Made by a program: the position numbers and the translations under genes. The notes under the pieces were generated by a model, which was not told where the DNA came from, ran no database searches, and was given only the letters and a program-made list of their open reading frames with translations. DNA of 37,627 bases from a bacterium (GTDB lineage Bacteria > JADJOY01), in assembly GCA_046331705.1 (NCBI GenBank), contig JAXLQJ010000068.1, positions 1 to 37,627 on the forward strand, read 5' to 3'. This document shows positions 9,125-17,803 of the stretch, piece by piece; the first letter of the stretch is position 1, and each line of letters starts with the position of its first letter.

Positions 9125-9985
9125 GTGAGCGACGGGACGCGCCCGAGAAACGACGACCGCGCCGCGGTGGCGGAGCGGATGCTCCGGCTCTTCGACAAGC
9201 GCGCGGAGATCGAGGCGGTGTGGCTCTTTCCGCCGCGCTCGCGCGGCAGCGCGGGCGCCGCGGGCAGCACCGACCTGGGCGTGCTCTTTCGCGAGGACGC
9301 GACTCCCGCGGACGGCAACGCCTGGCAGGACCGCATGACCCAGGAGCTCGGCCGCGCAGGGGTCGAGCGGCCGCGCGTCGTGCTGCTCGAGCAAGCCGAG
9401 GCGACGCTGCGGCACCGTGCCATCGAGCGCGGCCAGGCGATCTTCTTTCGCGACGCGTTGAAGGTGAAGGAATTCCGCGCCCGCACCTGGATGGAATACG
9501 TCGACCGCGAGGCGCCGATGAGCCAGCGGATCGCGTCGATGCGCGGCGCCGGCGCCAAGCTGAGCGGCGACGCCGGCGGGCACGAGCGCGTCGAGGCCTT
9601 GCGCCAGCACACCGAGCGGATCGGGGCGACGCTGCGTGCGGGCGGGGATCGGTTCGCGACGGATCGCGGCATCCAGGACTCGATCCTCTTCAACCTGTTG
9701 CAGGCCTGCCAGGCGGCGGAGGACCTCTTCGCCGCGTTGCTCGCGCGCACCGGCGAGGGCAGCGAAGACGCCCTCGAGCAGCACGACCCGTTCGAGGCCG
9801 CCATCGAAGGGGGCCTGGTGCCCGTCGATCTGGCCCAGCGCCTCGCCGCCGTGCTCCGGCTGCGCAACGTGGTGCTCTACCGTTACGCCGAGCTCGACCT
9901 CGGGATCGTGCTCAAGCACCTGCCCAACGCCATCGACGCGCTCGACGAGCTTGCCCGGACGTGGGAATCGACCGTCTCGAAATAG
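9125..9985 (+). CDS. Fused MNT (MntA-like nucleotidyltransferase fold) - HEPN (HepT/DUF86-like) protein with degenerate catalytic motifs
   Basis: The N half (AVWLFPPRSRG...STDLGVLF...G.AIFFRD...EYVD) follows the MntA pattern. The C half (LLQACQAAEDL...DPFEAAIEGGLV...LAQRL...RLRNVVLYRYAELD) follows the DUF86 pattern. GTG 9125 follows GGAG; the ORF track starts at 9110. Confidence 0.75.
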   Translation: MSDGTRPRNDDRAAVAERMLRLFDKRAEIEAVWLFPPRSRGSAGAAGSTDLGVLFREDATPADGNAWQDRMTQELGRAGVERPRVVLLEQAEATLRHRAIERGQAIFFRDALKVKEFRARTWMEYVDREAPMSQRIASMRGAGAKLSGDAGGHERVEALRQHTERIGATLRAGGDRFATDRGIQDSILFNLLQACQAAEDLFAALLARTGEGSEDALEQHDPFEAAIEGGLVPVDLAQRLAAVLRLRNVVLYRYAELDLGIVLKHLPNAIDALDELARTWESTVSK

Positions 9986-9997
9986 GCTCGAAATAGG
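9976..9997 (+). repeat. Perfect 11-bp tandem duplication spanning the MNT-HEPN stop codon
   Basis: CTCGAAATAGG CTCGAAATAGG. Confidence 0.85.
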
Positions 9998-10014
9998 AGT
10001 GTCGCCGGAGGGAC

Positions 10015-11373
10015 ATGGATACCGCCTACGTCGTCGACACCAGCGTCCTGGTCCACGATCCACGCGCGCTCAACGCCTTCCGCAAGACCACCGTCGCCAT
10101 CCCCATCTTCGTGGTGATGGAGCTCGACGATCTCAAGAACAATCGCCGCTTCGAGGTCGCCGCCGCGGCGCGGGTGGCATCCCGCTTCATCTCGTCGCTG
10201 CGCGAGTTCGGGAATCTCTCGGGCGAGGCCGGCGTCCACCATCCCGACCTCGGCACCACCTTCCACATCATCTCCGACGGCAACGGCGGGCTCGACCACC
10301 TGAGCGAGCGCACCAACGATCGCAGCATGGATCTCCTGATCCTCGCGTCGGCGCTCGCGCTCAAGCAGCGCAACGTCTACAAGCGCGTGGTGCTGATCAG
10401 CAAGGACGTGAACCTCCGCATCCTCGCCGACTTCGAGGGACTGGAAGCCGAGGACTACGAGACCGACCGCGTCCAGCTCAGCGACCTCTACACCGGCTTC
10501 CGCATCCTCGACCGGCGGACCGTGCCCTCCGCGGACGAATGGGGCGACGAGAGCGTGCTCGAGCCGCGCGAGCTAGCCCTCACGGATCTGCACCCCAACG
10601 AGTTCGTGGCGGTTCGCAGCGGTCCCGCCGAGCGCGTGTGGCGCTACCAGGCGACCACCGCGCAGCTCGAGCCGGTGCCGAGCGAGTTCCGCGAGCTGGC
10701 CGACGTGCAGCCGCGCAACATCGAGCAGCGGATGGCGCTCGATCTGCTGCTCGATCCGCGCGTGAAGCTGGTGACGTTGATCGGCAAGGCCGGCACCGGC
10801 AAGACGTTCCTCGCCCTCGCGGCCGCGCTCGCGCAGGTGCAAAAAGGCAAGAAGCGACGCGCCTACGAGCGCATCCTGCTCTCGAAGCCGGTGGTCTCGA
10901 TGGGGCAGGACGTGGGCTACCTGCCCGGCGACTTCGACACCAAGATGCAGCCCTGGATGACGTCGTTCTTCGACAACTTCGACCAGCTCATCGACAGCGA
11001 CAACGGCGCCTCCGGCAAGGGCGCCACGCGCGACTCGAAACACTGGGAATACCTCTTCCACTCGCGTCAGCTCGAGGTCCAGGCCATCCACACCATTCGC
11101 GGACGCTCGATCTCCTCGGCGTTCATGGTCATCGACGAAGCCCAGAACTTGACCCCGCACGAGGTGAAGACCGTCATCACCCGCGCCGCCGACGGCACCA
11201 AGGTCGTGCTCGCCGGCGACCCGTATCAGGTCGACAACCACTTCCTCGACCAGCACTCGAACGGGCTGGTGTACGTGACCGAACGGCTCAAGGGCTCGCC
11301 GATCACCGGCACGGTCTTCTTCTCGCGCGGCGAGCGCAGCGAGCTCGCCGAGCTGGCCGCCACCCAGCTCTGA
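10015..11373 (+). CDS. PIN-PhoH protein (PhoH2/YlaK-like RNase-ATPase)
   Basis: PIN motifs YVVDTSVLVHDP, VVMELDDLK, MDLLIL and LISKDVNLRI. PhoH motifs PRNIEQ, GKAGTGKT, GYLPG, IRGRS, IDEAQN, GDPYQVD and RSELAE. Confidence 0.95.
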   Translation: MDTAYVVDTSVLVHDPRALNAFRKTTVAIPIFVVMELDDLKNNRRFEVAAAARVASRFISSLREFGNLSGEAGVHHPDLGTTFHIISDGNGGLDHLSERTNDRSMDLLILASALALKQRNVYKRVVLISKDVNLRILADFEGLEAEDYETDRVQLSDLYTGFRILDRRTVPSADEWGDESVLEPRELALTDLHPNEFVAVRSGPAERVWRYQATTAQLEPVPSEFRELADVQPRNIEQRMALDLLLDPRVKLVTLIGKAGTGKTFLALAAALAQVQKGKKRRAYERILLSKPVVSMGQDVGYLPGDFDTKMQPWMTSFFDNFDQLIDSDNGASGKGATRDSKHWEYLFHSRQLEVQAIHTIRGRSISSAFMVIDEAQNLTPHEVKTVITRAADGTKVVLAGDPYQVDNHFLDQHSNGLVYVTERLKGSPITGTVFFSRGERSELAELAATQL

Positions 11374-11513
11374 CCGCCACGGCCGCTCGGTCGCCCACCG
11401 TGGGTTCGGTCCCACGGAGACGCACCGGTCCCGCGGCGCGCCCGCGCCCGATCCGTGCGGCGCGAGGGATGGCGCCGCCTCCGCCCCCGGACGAACGGCG
11501 ATCGAACGATTGC

Positions 11514-11930
11514 TCAGCTCGTCGCCGGTTTCGCTTGGCGCTCCAGCAGACAGAAGCCGTGGCCGAAGGGATCCGCGCAGAAGGCGGCCGAGCCGTGCTC
11601 GGGGTTCTCGAAGACCTGCTCGATCCGGCCGCCCGCGTTTTGAACCCGCGCCATCACCGCGCGGAGATCGTGGACGTGGAAGTCCACGTGGACCGGCGTC
11701 CAGTGGCGCTCGTAGCGGCGCCTCTCCGTCGTGTTGGGTGATGGCTGCGAGCCCGCCGGCTTCTCGAGCAGGCACACGTCGAGCCCGCCGAGCCGAAGCA
11801 CGCGCACGCCTGGCACGGGATCGGCCACCCGCTCGAAGCCGAACACGTCGCCGTAGAAGCGCGTGCCGTCGTCGAGGCTCGGCACATCGAGGCTGATCGA
11901 GGCCGTGATCGCGAGCGGCTCGGTGGTCAT
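11514..11930 (-). CDS. VOC/glyoxalase family protein
   Basis: LDVPSLDDGTRFYGDVFG...PVHVDFHVHDL...ADPFGHGFCL. Confidence 0.9.
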   Translation of the reverse strand: MTTEPLAITASISLDVPSLDDGTRFYGDVFGFERVADPVPGVRVLRLGGLDVCLLEKPAGSQPSPNTTERRRYERHWTPVHVDFHVHDLRAVMARVQNAGGRIEQVFENPEHGSAAFCADPFGHGFCLLERQAKPATS

Positions 11931-11964
11931 GCGATCCTCGCAGCGCGACCGGCCGGCCGCGCGC

Positions 11965-12723
11965 TCATTCGTTGACCTGCTCCTCGATCGCCTTCCGCAT
12001 CGTCGCGAGCTGCTCGCCGAGCAGCTCGTCGAACGACTCGCCAGCCGGCGGCGCCTGCGCCAGCTGCTGCACGATCGCCCGCGCGCCGGTCATGTCGTCC
12101 TGATCGAAGGGGAGGTGGCCGAAGCGGCCTCGGCGATCGAAGTAGTAGTAGTCGTGGACGTTGTCGTCCTCGTACCGATAACCGAAGACGATGTACTCGG
12201 CGTTGATTTTCGCCGCCGCCTCGGCCGGCAGCCACGCGGCGAGCTCCGGCCGGCCGCCCCACGCGTGGTCGATGAACTGGAGCAACCCCACCGGGTGCTC
12301 TGCCATCTCGGCCGCCGTGTCCATGGTCAGCGTCTGCCAGGAATCGGCGAACCAGATGCTGTGCAGCGCGCCCTTGGTGGTCCACATCGTGCGCAGCTCG
12401 CGCGGCACCGCGAAGCCGAGCTTCTTCTCGAGTGCCGCGATCGCCTCGGGCGCATCCGGCTTCTTCCACTCGAAGCGGTAGGCGCGGGTGAGGTCCGGAT
12501 CGAACTTGTCGAGGAACGCGTGGAAATCGTCGATCGGCTTCATGTCGAACCCCGCGGACGGTGCTTCGTGGCCAGGCCCTGACCCGACGGGTGCGCTCGG
12601 GACTGCGGCGGGCTTCCGTGGAGTGCCCGGTGCATCGCCGGCACTCGCGAGTGGCGCCGCAAGCGCTGTCGCGAGCGCCAAGCCGAGCACCCTCGTGAGC
12701 ATCCGGAGCGGCTGGATCAGCAT
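11965..12723 (-). CDS. SMI1/KNR4 (SUKH) family protein with signal peptide
   Basis: APEAIAALEKKLGFAVPRELRTMWTTKG matches the SUKH N-terminal pattern, with a later IVFG...DYYYFD. Signal-like LGLALATALAAPLASA. Confidence 0.75.
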   Translation of the reverse strand: MLIQPLRMLTRVLGLALATALAAPLASAGDAPGTPRKPAAVPSAPVGSGPGHEAPSAGFDMKPIDDFHAFLDKFDPDLTRAYRFEWKKPDAPEAIAALEKKLGFAVPRELRTMWTTKGALHSIWFADSWQTLTMDTAAEMAEHPVGLLQFIDHAWGGRPELAAWLPAEAAAKINAEYIVFGYRYEDDNVHDYYYFDRRGRFGHLPFDQDDMTGARAIVQQLAQAPPAGESFDELLGEQLATMRKAIEEQVNE

Positions 12724-12819
12724 GCCTTCTTTCTACCACCCATCGCGGATCACGTCGGTGGCGTGGCGCGCGCGGATGAATGGCGAGCGACGAACCGGCG
12801 ATACCGAGGCACTCGTCCT

Positions 12820-14265
12820 TCAGAACGCAGGCGGAGCGCCTCCGAGGCCGGACGTATCGATCCCCTCGCAAAGCGCGTTGTCGACGCGCAGGTTGCCGGC
12901 GCCGTCGAGGCTCACGGTCCAGATGGTGTCGTAATCGGTCGACGGCCAGTCCACCGAAGGTGCAGGCGCGCTGCCGCCGTAGGACGCGACCAAGGCCTGA
13001 ATCAGCGGGGGAAAATGCGCGTGCTCCCACGCCAGCAGCACCTTCTTGCCGCTCAGCGCTCCACCCGCGAAGAACTGGTCGATGGTGGCCTGCGCCGCAT
13101 TCGCGTCGTCGGCGCTGCCGAGGGCGAAGCCCGCAGCGAGCTTGTAAGGCAAGCCCGTGGCGACCGTGTACGGCCACACCGTGAGCGCGGGGCGCACGTA
13201 CGAGAAGAGGTTGATGCCGCCAACCTCGAATGCTTGCGCAGGATCGATCGACCACACCTCGTCGGGTGCGATCTTGTCCCGCATGACGTCCGGCAGCGCC
13301 AGCGCGCGCCACTGACCCGTGCCGATGTAATTGCCGTCGTCCCAGTTCTCGCCGCCCGGGTGCGCCTCGGCATGACGCATCAAGTACACGGTCTCGTTGG
13401 TGTTCGCGTTCGCCGGCACCACCACGCCGTCCACGCCAGCCGTGCGCTCGATGACGAACGGCTGCTGCTGATCGCAAGCCGCGGGCGGCACCGGCGACGG
13501 AAGCACCGGATAGGTGACCGGCGGATCGATCGCCGCATCGAACCGCTCGAGCCGCGCGCGTCCCGCCGAGGAGACCGCGATCGCGAACACCGCGTTCGGT
13601 CCTGCGTACGACTCGGGCGCACGAAACTCGTAGCTCTCGAGCTCCACGAGCCCCGCGAGCAACGCACGCGTGGTCTCCCATGGCGCGGAGAACACGTAGA
13701 ACCCGGGCTCGCGAGCGTGGAGGATGCGAGCCGCGAGATCGAGGTTGTCGTCACCGTCTTGGCCGAACGCGAGGCCCTGCGTCAGCCCCTCGAACGAAGC
13801 AGGCTCCGCCACGCCTGGCGGTACCGAATGCGGCCCGTACGACACGGCGAGCGGGTAGCTGTAGGCCGTGGTGCCCTGCAACGTGGTCTGGTTCATCAGC
13901 GCGAACTGCTGGATGTAGCCAATCCCCGCCATGTCGGGATACGCGCCGCTGGTTTGCAGATGCGTCATCGGCTCGAGCGCGATGATCGACCGGACGTTCG
14001 CCCCGCCGAGCACGTCGCTCGCCAGGAACGACGCCATCTCGAGCGACCGCTGCAGGCCCTGGCTCGTGAGGTTGCCCGTTCGCGGATCCACGTCGCCCGC
14101 ACCCTGGAACGCCAGATCGGGGCTCACCACGAACACCAGGTTCGTGTCTGCAGCAGCGAGCGGACCGGGCGAACTGCCGCCCCCTCCACCGCACCCAGCG
14201 CAGGCGATCAGCCCGATGAGAACGAGCAAGACTGGTCGTTCTGGGCACAATCCTCGGGTTGTCAT
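12820..14265 (-). CDS. Lipoprotein with histidine-phosphatase-like domains
   Basis: LIGLIACAGC followed by a Gly run. The C-terminal domain has VYLMRHAE...GQWRA..LP...RPALT...LAWEH. The N-terminal domain looks like a degenerate copy (GNLTSQGLQRSL). Confidence 0.7.
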   Translation of the reverse strand: MTTRGLCPERPVLLVLIGLIACAGCGGGGGSSPGPLAAADTNLVFVVSPDLAFQGAGDVDPRTGNLTSQGLQRSLEMASFLASDVLGGANVRSIIALEPMTHLQTSGAYPDMAGIGYIQQFALMNQTTLQGTTAYSYPLAVSYGPHSVPPGVAEPASFEGLTQGLAFGQDGDDNLDLAARILHAREPGFYVFSAPWETTRALLAGLVELESYEFRAPESYAGPNAVFAIAVSSAGRARLERFDAAIDPPVTYPVLPSPVPPAACDQQQPFVIERTAGVDGVVVPANANTNETVYLMRHAEAHPGGENWDDGNYIGTGQWRALALPDVMRDKIAPDEVWSIDPAQAFEVGGINLFSYVRPALTVWPYTVATGLPYKLAAGFALGSADDANAAQATIDQFFAGGALSGKKVLLAWEHAHFPPLIQALVASYGGSAPAPSVDWPSTDYDTIWTVSLDGAGNLRVDNALCEGIDTSGLGGAPPAF

Positions 14266-14401
14266 GGCCGCCTCCGGGTCGAGTTGCGCTGTTTCGCCAC
14301 GAATCGAGAAGCGAGTTCACGATACGTGCCGACTCCCTCCGCAACAGTACGGTCGTCACGATGGACCGCCACCGCGGCGCAGCCCGCTCCACCGCGGGTC
14401 G

Positions 14402-14893
14402 TTATCTCGACCCGCCGCCGCGGCGCACGAGCCAGCGCGGCAACGCCGCGAGCGCGTCCTCCTCGGAGAGCGCGCGAGACGCGGCCCAGACCTCCGCGGG
14501 CACCCACTCCGGGAACGGCACCTCGTGGACGGCGTGCTTGCCCGTCGTCGTGTGCTCCTCGCTCACGCGGGCGAGAGCCGGCGCCGGGAAGCACGCCGCC
14601 ACGCGCACGAGCGGCGCCCACACGCGCCGATGCACCAGCGTGATCTTGCCGCCGACCAATCGGCACACGAGCACGTCCTCGTGCCCTTGCACGCGGGACA
14701 GCACGTTGTAGATCGCGTTGGCACGCGGATGCGACCACCAGTTGCCGGAGATCGCTTCCCCTGCGATGTGCTCGATCAGCCTCGGCGCGGATCCTTTCGC
14801 GGACGCCAGCACGATCCCGTGCTCCTCGACGAAGCGCATGGCACTCGCGAGCGTGGCAATCGCCGCCGTCGCATCACGGCGCCGCTCGCTCAC
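14402..14893 (-). CDS. Conserved hypothetical protein (possibly AlkZ/winged-helix related)
   Basis: FVEEHGIVL...IAGEAISGNWWSHP...CRLVGGKITLVHRRVW. GTG start overlaps the ASCH stop (GTGA). Confidence 0.75.
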   Translation of the reverse strand: MSERRRDATAAIATLASAMRFVEEHGIVLASAKGSAPRLIEHIAGEAISGNWWSHPRANAIYNVLSRVQGHEDVLVCRLVGGKITLVHRRVWAPLVRVAACFPAPALARVSEEHTTTGKHAVHEVPFPEWVPAEVWAASRALSEEDALAALPRWLVRRGGGSR

Positions 14894-15387
14894 GTTCCAT
14901 TCCCACCGCGCGACCCGCGAGCGGGAATGGTGGCGACCAGCTCGAACACACAGCACGCGACGGGCATATCGGGCGCGGGCTCGCGGCCGATGCGCGCACA
15001 CTCGCGCGAGAAGAAGGCCCAATGCCCTCGCCGCCAGTATCCGAGCGATCCGTCCCCCTCGCCTTCGATCGCCGCATACTCGGCGGTCACCGCGTCGAAC
15101 GGAACGATCTCCACACGAGTGGTCCGCGTGACCAGGACCGGCTCATTTTCGTGGTCGAGGACGATCTCCACATCCCCAGCCTGCGGCAGCGCCTCACCAT
15201 CGGCCTCGTACGCCCAGACTAGCCCCGTGCCGGCGCGCTTACGCCCGGCGACGATCAGCGCAATGAGCTCGGCGGACAGCTCGGCCGAGTCGCCGTAGCC
15301 ATCGAGGCGCAGATTCCCCTCGGGAATCTCGACTCCCGCCGCCACGAGCTTCGCGCGGACCACGTCGAGAGACGGCAGATCCGTCAC
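14890..15387 (-). CDS. ASCH domain protein
   Basis: GDSAELSAELIALIVAGRKRA...PQAGDVEIVLD...EGEGDGSLGYWRRGHWAFF. GTG start overlaps the upstream stop. Confidence 0.92.
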   Translation of the reverse strand: MTDLPSLDVVRAKLVAAGVEIPEGNLRLDGYGDSAELSAELIALIVAGRKRAGTGLVWAYEADGEALPQAGDVEIVLDHENEPVLVTRTTRVEIVPFDAVTAEYAAIEGEGDGSLGYWRRGHWAFFSRECARIGREPAPDMPVACCVFELVATIPARGSRGGNGT

Positions 15388-15542
15388 GGTGCCACACCCG
15401 TTGGCTGCCGCGTTCCCTGCGGCGCCAGTCGCGGTTGTCCGAGTACCTGCATCACCAAGATCGCCGCGAGAATCCCGATCACCGGCAAGCCGAAGAACCA
15501 CCACACCATCGCCTTCGCTTCGGTCTTGAAGTGGGGCTTCAT
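15384..15542 (-). CDS. Small (52 aa) single-TM protein
   Basis: MKPHFKTEAKAMVWWFFGLPVIGILAAILVMQVLGQPRLAPQGTRQPTGVAP. Its TGA overlaps the ASCH GTG. Confidence 0.55.
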   Translation of the reverse strand: MKPHFKTEAKAMVWWFFGLPVIGILAAILVMQVLGQPRLAPQGTRQPTGVAP

Positions 15543-15734
15543 CGCATCATCGAGCCGTTTCCGCCGGTCACAGGGTCGAGCTTCGCCACACGATTTCCGT
15601 CGGCGCTCGTGCCCATCGCCGCGCCGACATGTTCAGACAACACCGCCGAAACGGCATCCCTCGCCCGTGGCCGACGTCGAATTCGTACCTTTCCGAACGA
15701 GTGATTGAAGCGAGAAGTGCCACGCTACTCGCGC

Positions 15735-16277
15735 CTACGTGGCTGCGGCCCAACCTGCGCGCAGGTCTGCAACTAGCCTTTGGGTGGCCGGGTCGGACGG
15801 CCGGAGTCCGGCCAGCCCACCCTGCGACCCGAGGAGTCGAACCCTGCCCGCCTGCCCAAGACGATCCGTATCGAGGAAGAGCCCACGAACCCTGTACCCG
15901 CGACTGCTCACCGCCCAAACAGGATGCCGCGCCTGGCCGTTCGTGATCGCAACCAGCACGACGTCGCCGGCGGCAAAGAGCCGAGAACGAGCTCGAATGA
16001 CGCCGATTTCCCACGGATCGTCGAACGTCCAGGTGCAATCCTGAAAGAGCTCGAGATCGCGAAATCCCCCGAGCCGATCGAAGGGTGGTGCGTGCGGATC
16101 GCTCTCCCATCGCCTCGCCAGGTCGCGGAAATACCACAGCCAATCGCTGATGTGCGCATGGCCCTCCGTTGGGTTCGGCGGCGCATCCGCGAGCACCCGC
16201 TGAACCGTCCTCGCGTAATCCTCGGCAAACTCTGCGGTCCGCCGCCACTGCTCCTCGGCTGAGAGCCAGCGTTTCAT
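15735..16277 (-). CDS. Hypothetical protein (island)
   Basis: MKRWLSAEEQWRRTAEFAEDY..., Trp-rich with globular composition. Start uncertain (16277 or 16322). Confidence 0.5.
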   Translation of the reverse strand: MKRWLSAEEQWRRTAEFAEDYARTVQRVLADAPPNPTEGHAHISDWLWYFRDLARRWESDPHAPPFDRLGGFRDLELFQDCTWTFDDPWEIGVIRARSRLFAAGDVVLVAITNGQARHPVWAVSSRGYRVRGLFLDTDRLGQAGRVRLLGSQGGLAGLRPSDPATQRLVADLRAGWAAAT

Positions 16278-16457
16278 CGAGAGACTCCAGGGGCCTCGTC
16301 TCCAGAACGTCGCTCGTATCACGGGATGCCGCGCTGCGCAGCCCCCAAGGCTACCCGCGGCGCCGACGTGCGGCAGAGGCCGCCGGCAGCGGTGCGGACT
16401 TCGGCGCTTCCGACACCAACGATGACGACTTGGCGTTCGCCGACTCCCGTCGAACGA

Positions 16458-17018
16458 TTAGTCCTCCGCCAGGTCGAGGCGCGGCCGATGCTCCTCGAGT
16501 CCCCACATCGCCCGGATCTCGCTCGCGCGCGCCTCCCCGAGAAGAACTGAGAGATTCTCCCCGAGATGCTCTGTGTCGAGCCCGCACGCATAAACGAAGA
16601 ACTCCGCACTCCGAGGCACGTTCCGCCAATCAGCCTTGCTCAAGGCCTTGGCGAGCTCGAGCATCCAGCTCCGCACGATCTCGTCACGCGTCTCGTCCGT
16701 ACAGCACTCCGCCATCGTCCATGCCCCTTGCACGAGCGCTTCGTCCGCGTCGAGGTCCCAGATCTCCAGCGGAATCTCGCCACTCATCCAGACCCACCCT
16801 CGCGAGTGGGGCGGATCCTTGCGCGCAGCGCGCCCCAACCACGAAACCGATGCGAGCTTCACGATGGGCAACAGCGGATCTCCGCCACCAAGATCATAAA
16901 ACAGCGCAACCCGTTCGATCTGCTCCTGCAGCTCCATCGCGACGACGCGGTCGATGATTCCGATCACGAATCGCTCGACCCAGGCCCGTTGGACCTCATC
17001 GACTCCCTCGCCGCCCAC
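16458..17018 (-). CDS. Hypothetical acidic protein, immunity-like
   Basis: GGAGG precedes GTG 17018 (alternative start 17063). C-terminal ELAKALSKADW...FFVYA. Acidic and Trp-rich. Confidence 0.7.
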   Translation of the reverse strand: MGGEGVDEVQRAWVERFVIGIIDRVVAMELQEQIERVALFYDLGGGDPLLPIVKLASVSWLGRAARKDPPHSRGWVWMSGEIPLEIWDLDADEALVQGAWTMAECCTDETRDEIVRSWMLELAKALSKADWRNVPRSAEFFVYACGLDTEHLGENLSVLLGEARASEIRAMWGLEEHRPRLDLAED

Positions 17019-17182
17019 GCTCTCCTCCGCCCCGGGAGCGGAAGTGCACCAGGTCAGGCCCATCCGCGATTCCGCAACCGCTCGTCTCGACTGGCCGCCC
17101 GCACCGTACCGGAAACGAAGTCAGTGTCCGTCAAGCGCAAGGTATCGACCAAGAGAGGGATCAACGACGAGAAACACGTTGA

Positions 17183-17228
17183 ACAGGATGGGATCACACT
17201 TGACGGAAGGGGGCCCTATAGGTGTTGG
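17183..17228 (+). repeat. 46-bp direct repeat, copy 1
   Basis: ACAGGATGGGATCACACTTGACGGAAGGGGGCCCTATAGGTGTTGG, 40/46 identical to copy 2. Confidence 0.9.
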
Positions 17229-17786
17229 CGACTGGTGCTCGCAACCCAGTACTCCGTGATGGCGCTGTCGTGAAATTGAACTCCTAGACCAAAGCCAGGG
17301 CGGATGCGTACTTCATCCCACAGACCATCCGTAAACATTGCGCATAGCTCGGCACGCAAGAACGGCAGCAGTGCTGCGTTCACAGCTTCGTCGCCATCGC
17401 TACGCGTATCGACTAGCGCCGAGCTGCCGTCCTTCGCGATGACTTGGATCGGCTCGTCGCCCTCCCGATCCCAATACGCTGCCCGCCAATCCGGCAGGAA
17501 CAACGTCTGAACGAAGTCAAAGCGAAATTCCGCGCAATTGACGTAGCCCTCGCCATCCTGTTCTAACTCCGAGAGGATGCGCTCATCTACACATGTATCA
17601 ACGGTGCCTTCCACAGGATGGCCGAACAGCGCAAAGCAACCCACGATGATGTCGGGGTGCGCATGACCGAGGCTACCTAGCGTCGAGGCAACGAGGTCGC
17701 GAATGCGAGCGGCCTACCTGTCGCAGGTCAATGGCCGGGTGCTGCGGCAGGAATAAGTCGCTAACCCGAAGCTCACCTGCGGCCAT
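17216..17786 (-). pseudogene. Frameshifted acidic immunity-like gene
   Basis: ATG 17786 reads ...PAIDLRQV. Removing one G at about 17714 continues it as AARIRDLVASTLGSLGHAHPDIIVGCFALFGHP into ORF 17216..17644. Confidence 0.6.
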
Positions 17787-17803
17787 GGATTATTACCGGT
17801 CGC

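Noticed and set aside
9636-11741. 701-aa alternative-frame ORF and many similar long Arg/Pro/Gly-rich ORFs
   Set aside because: Frame artefacts of high GC content overlapping well-supported genes.
17272-17290. GAAATTGAACTCCTAGACC, loosely like an IS91/ISCR oriIS end
   Set aside because: It lies inside a coding region (GLGVQFH on the minus strand) and no IS91 transposase is present.
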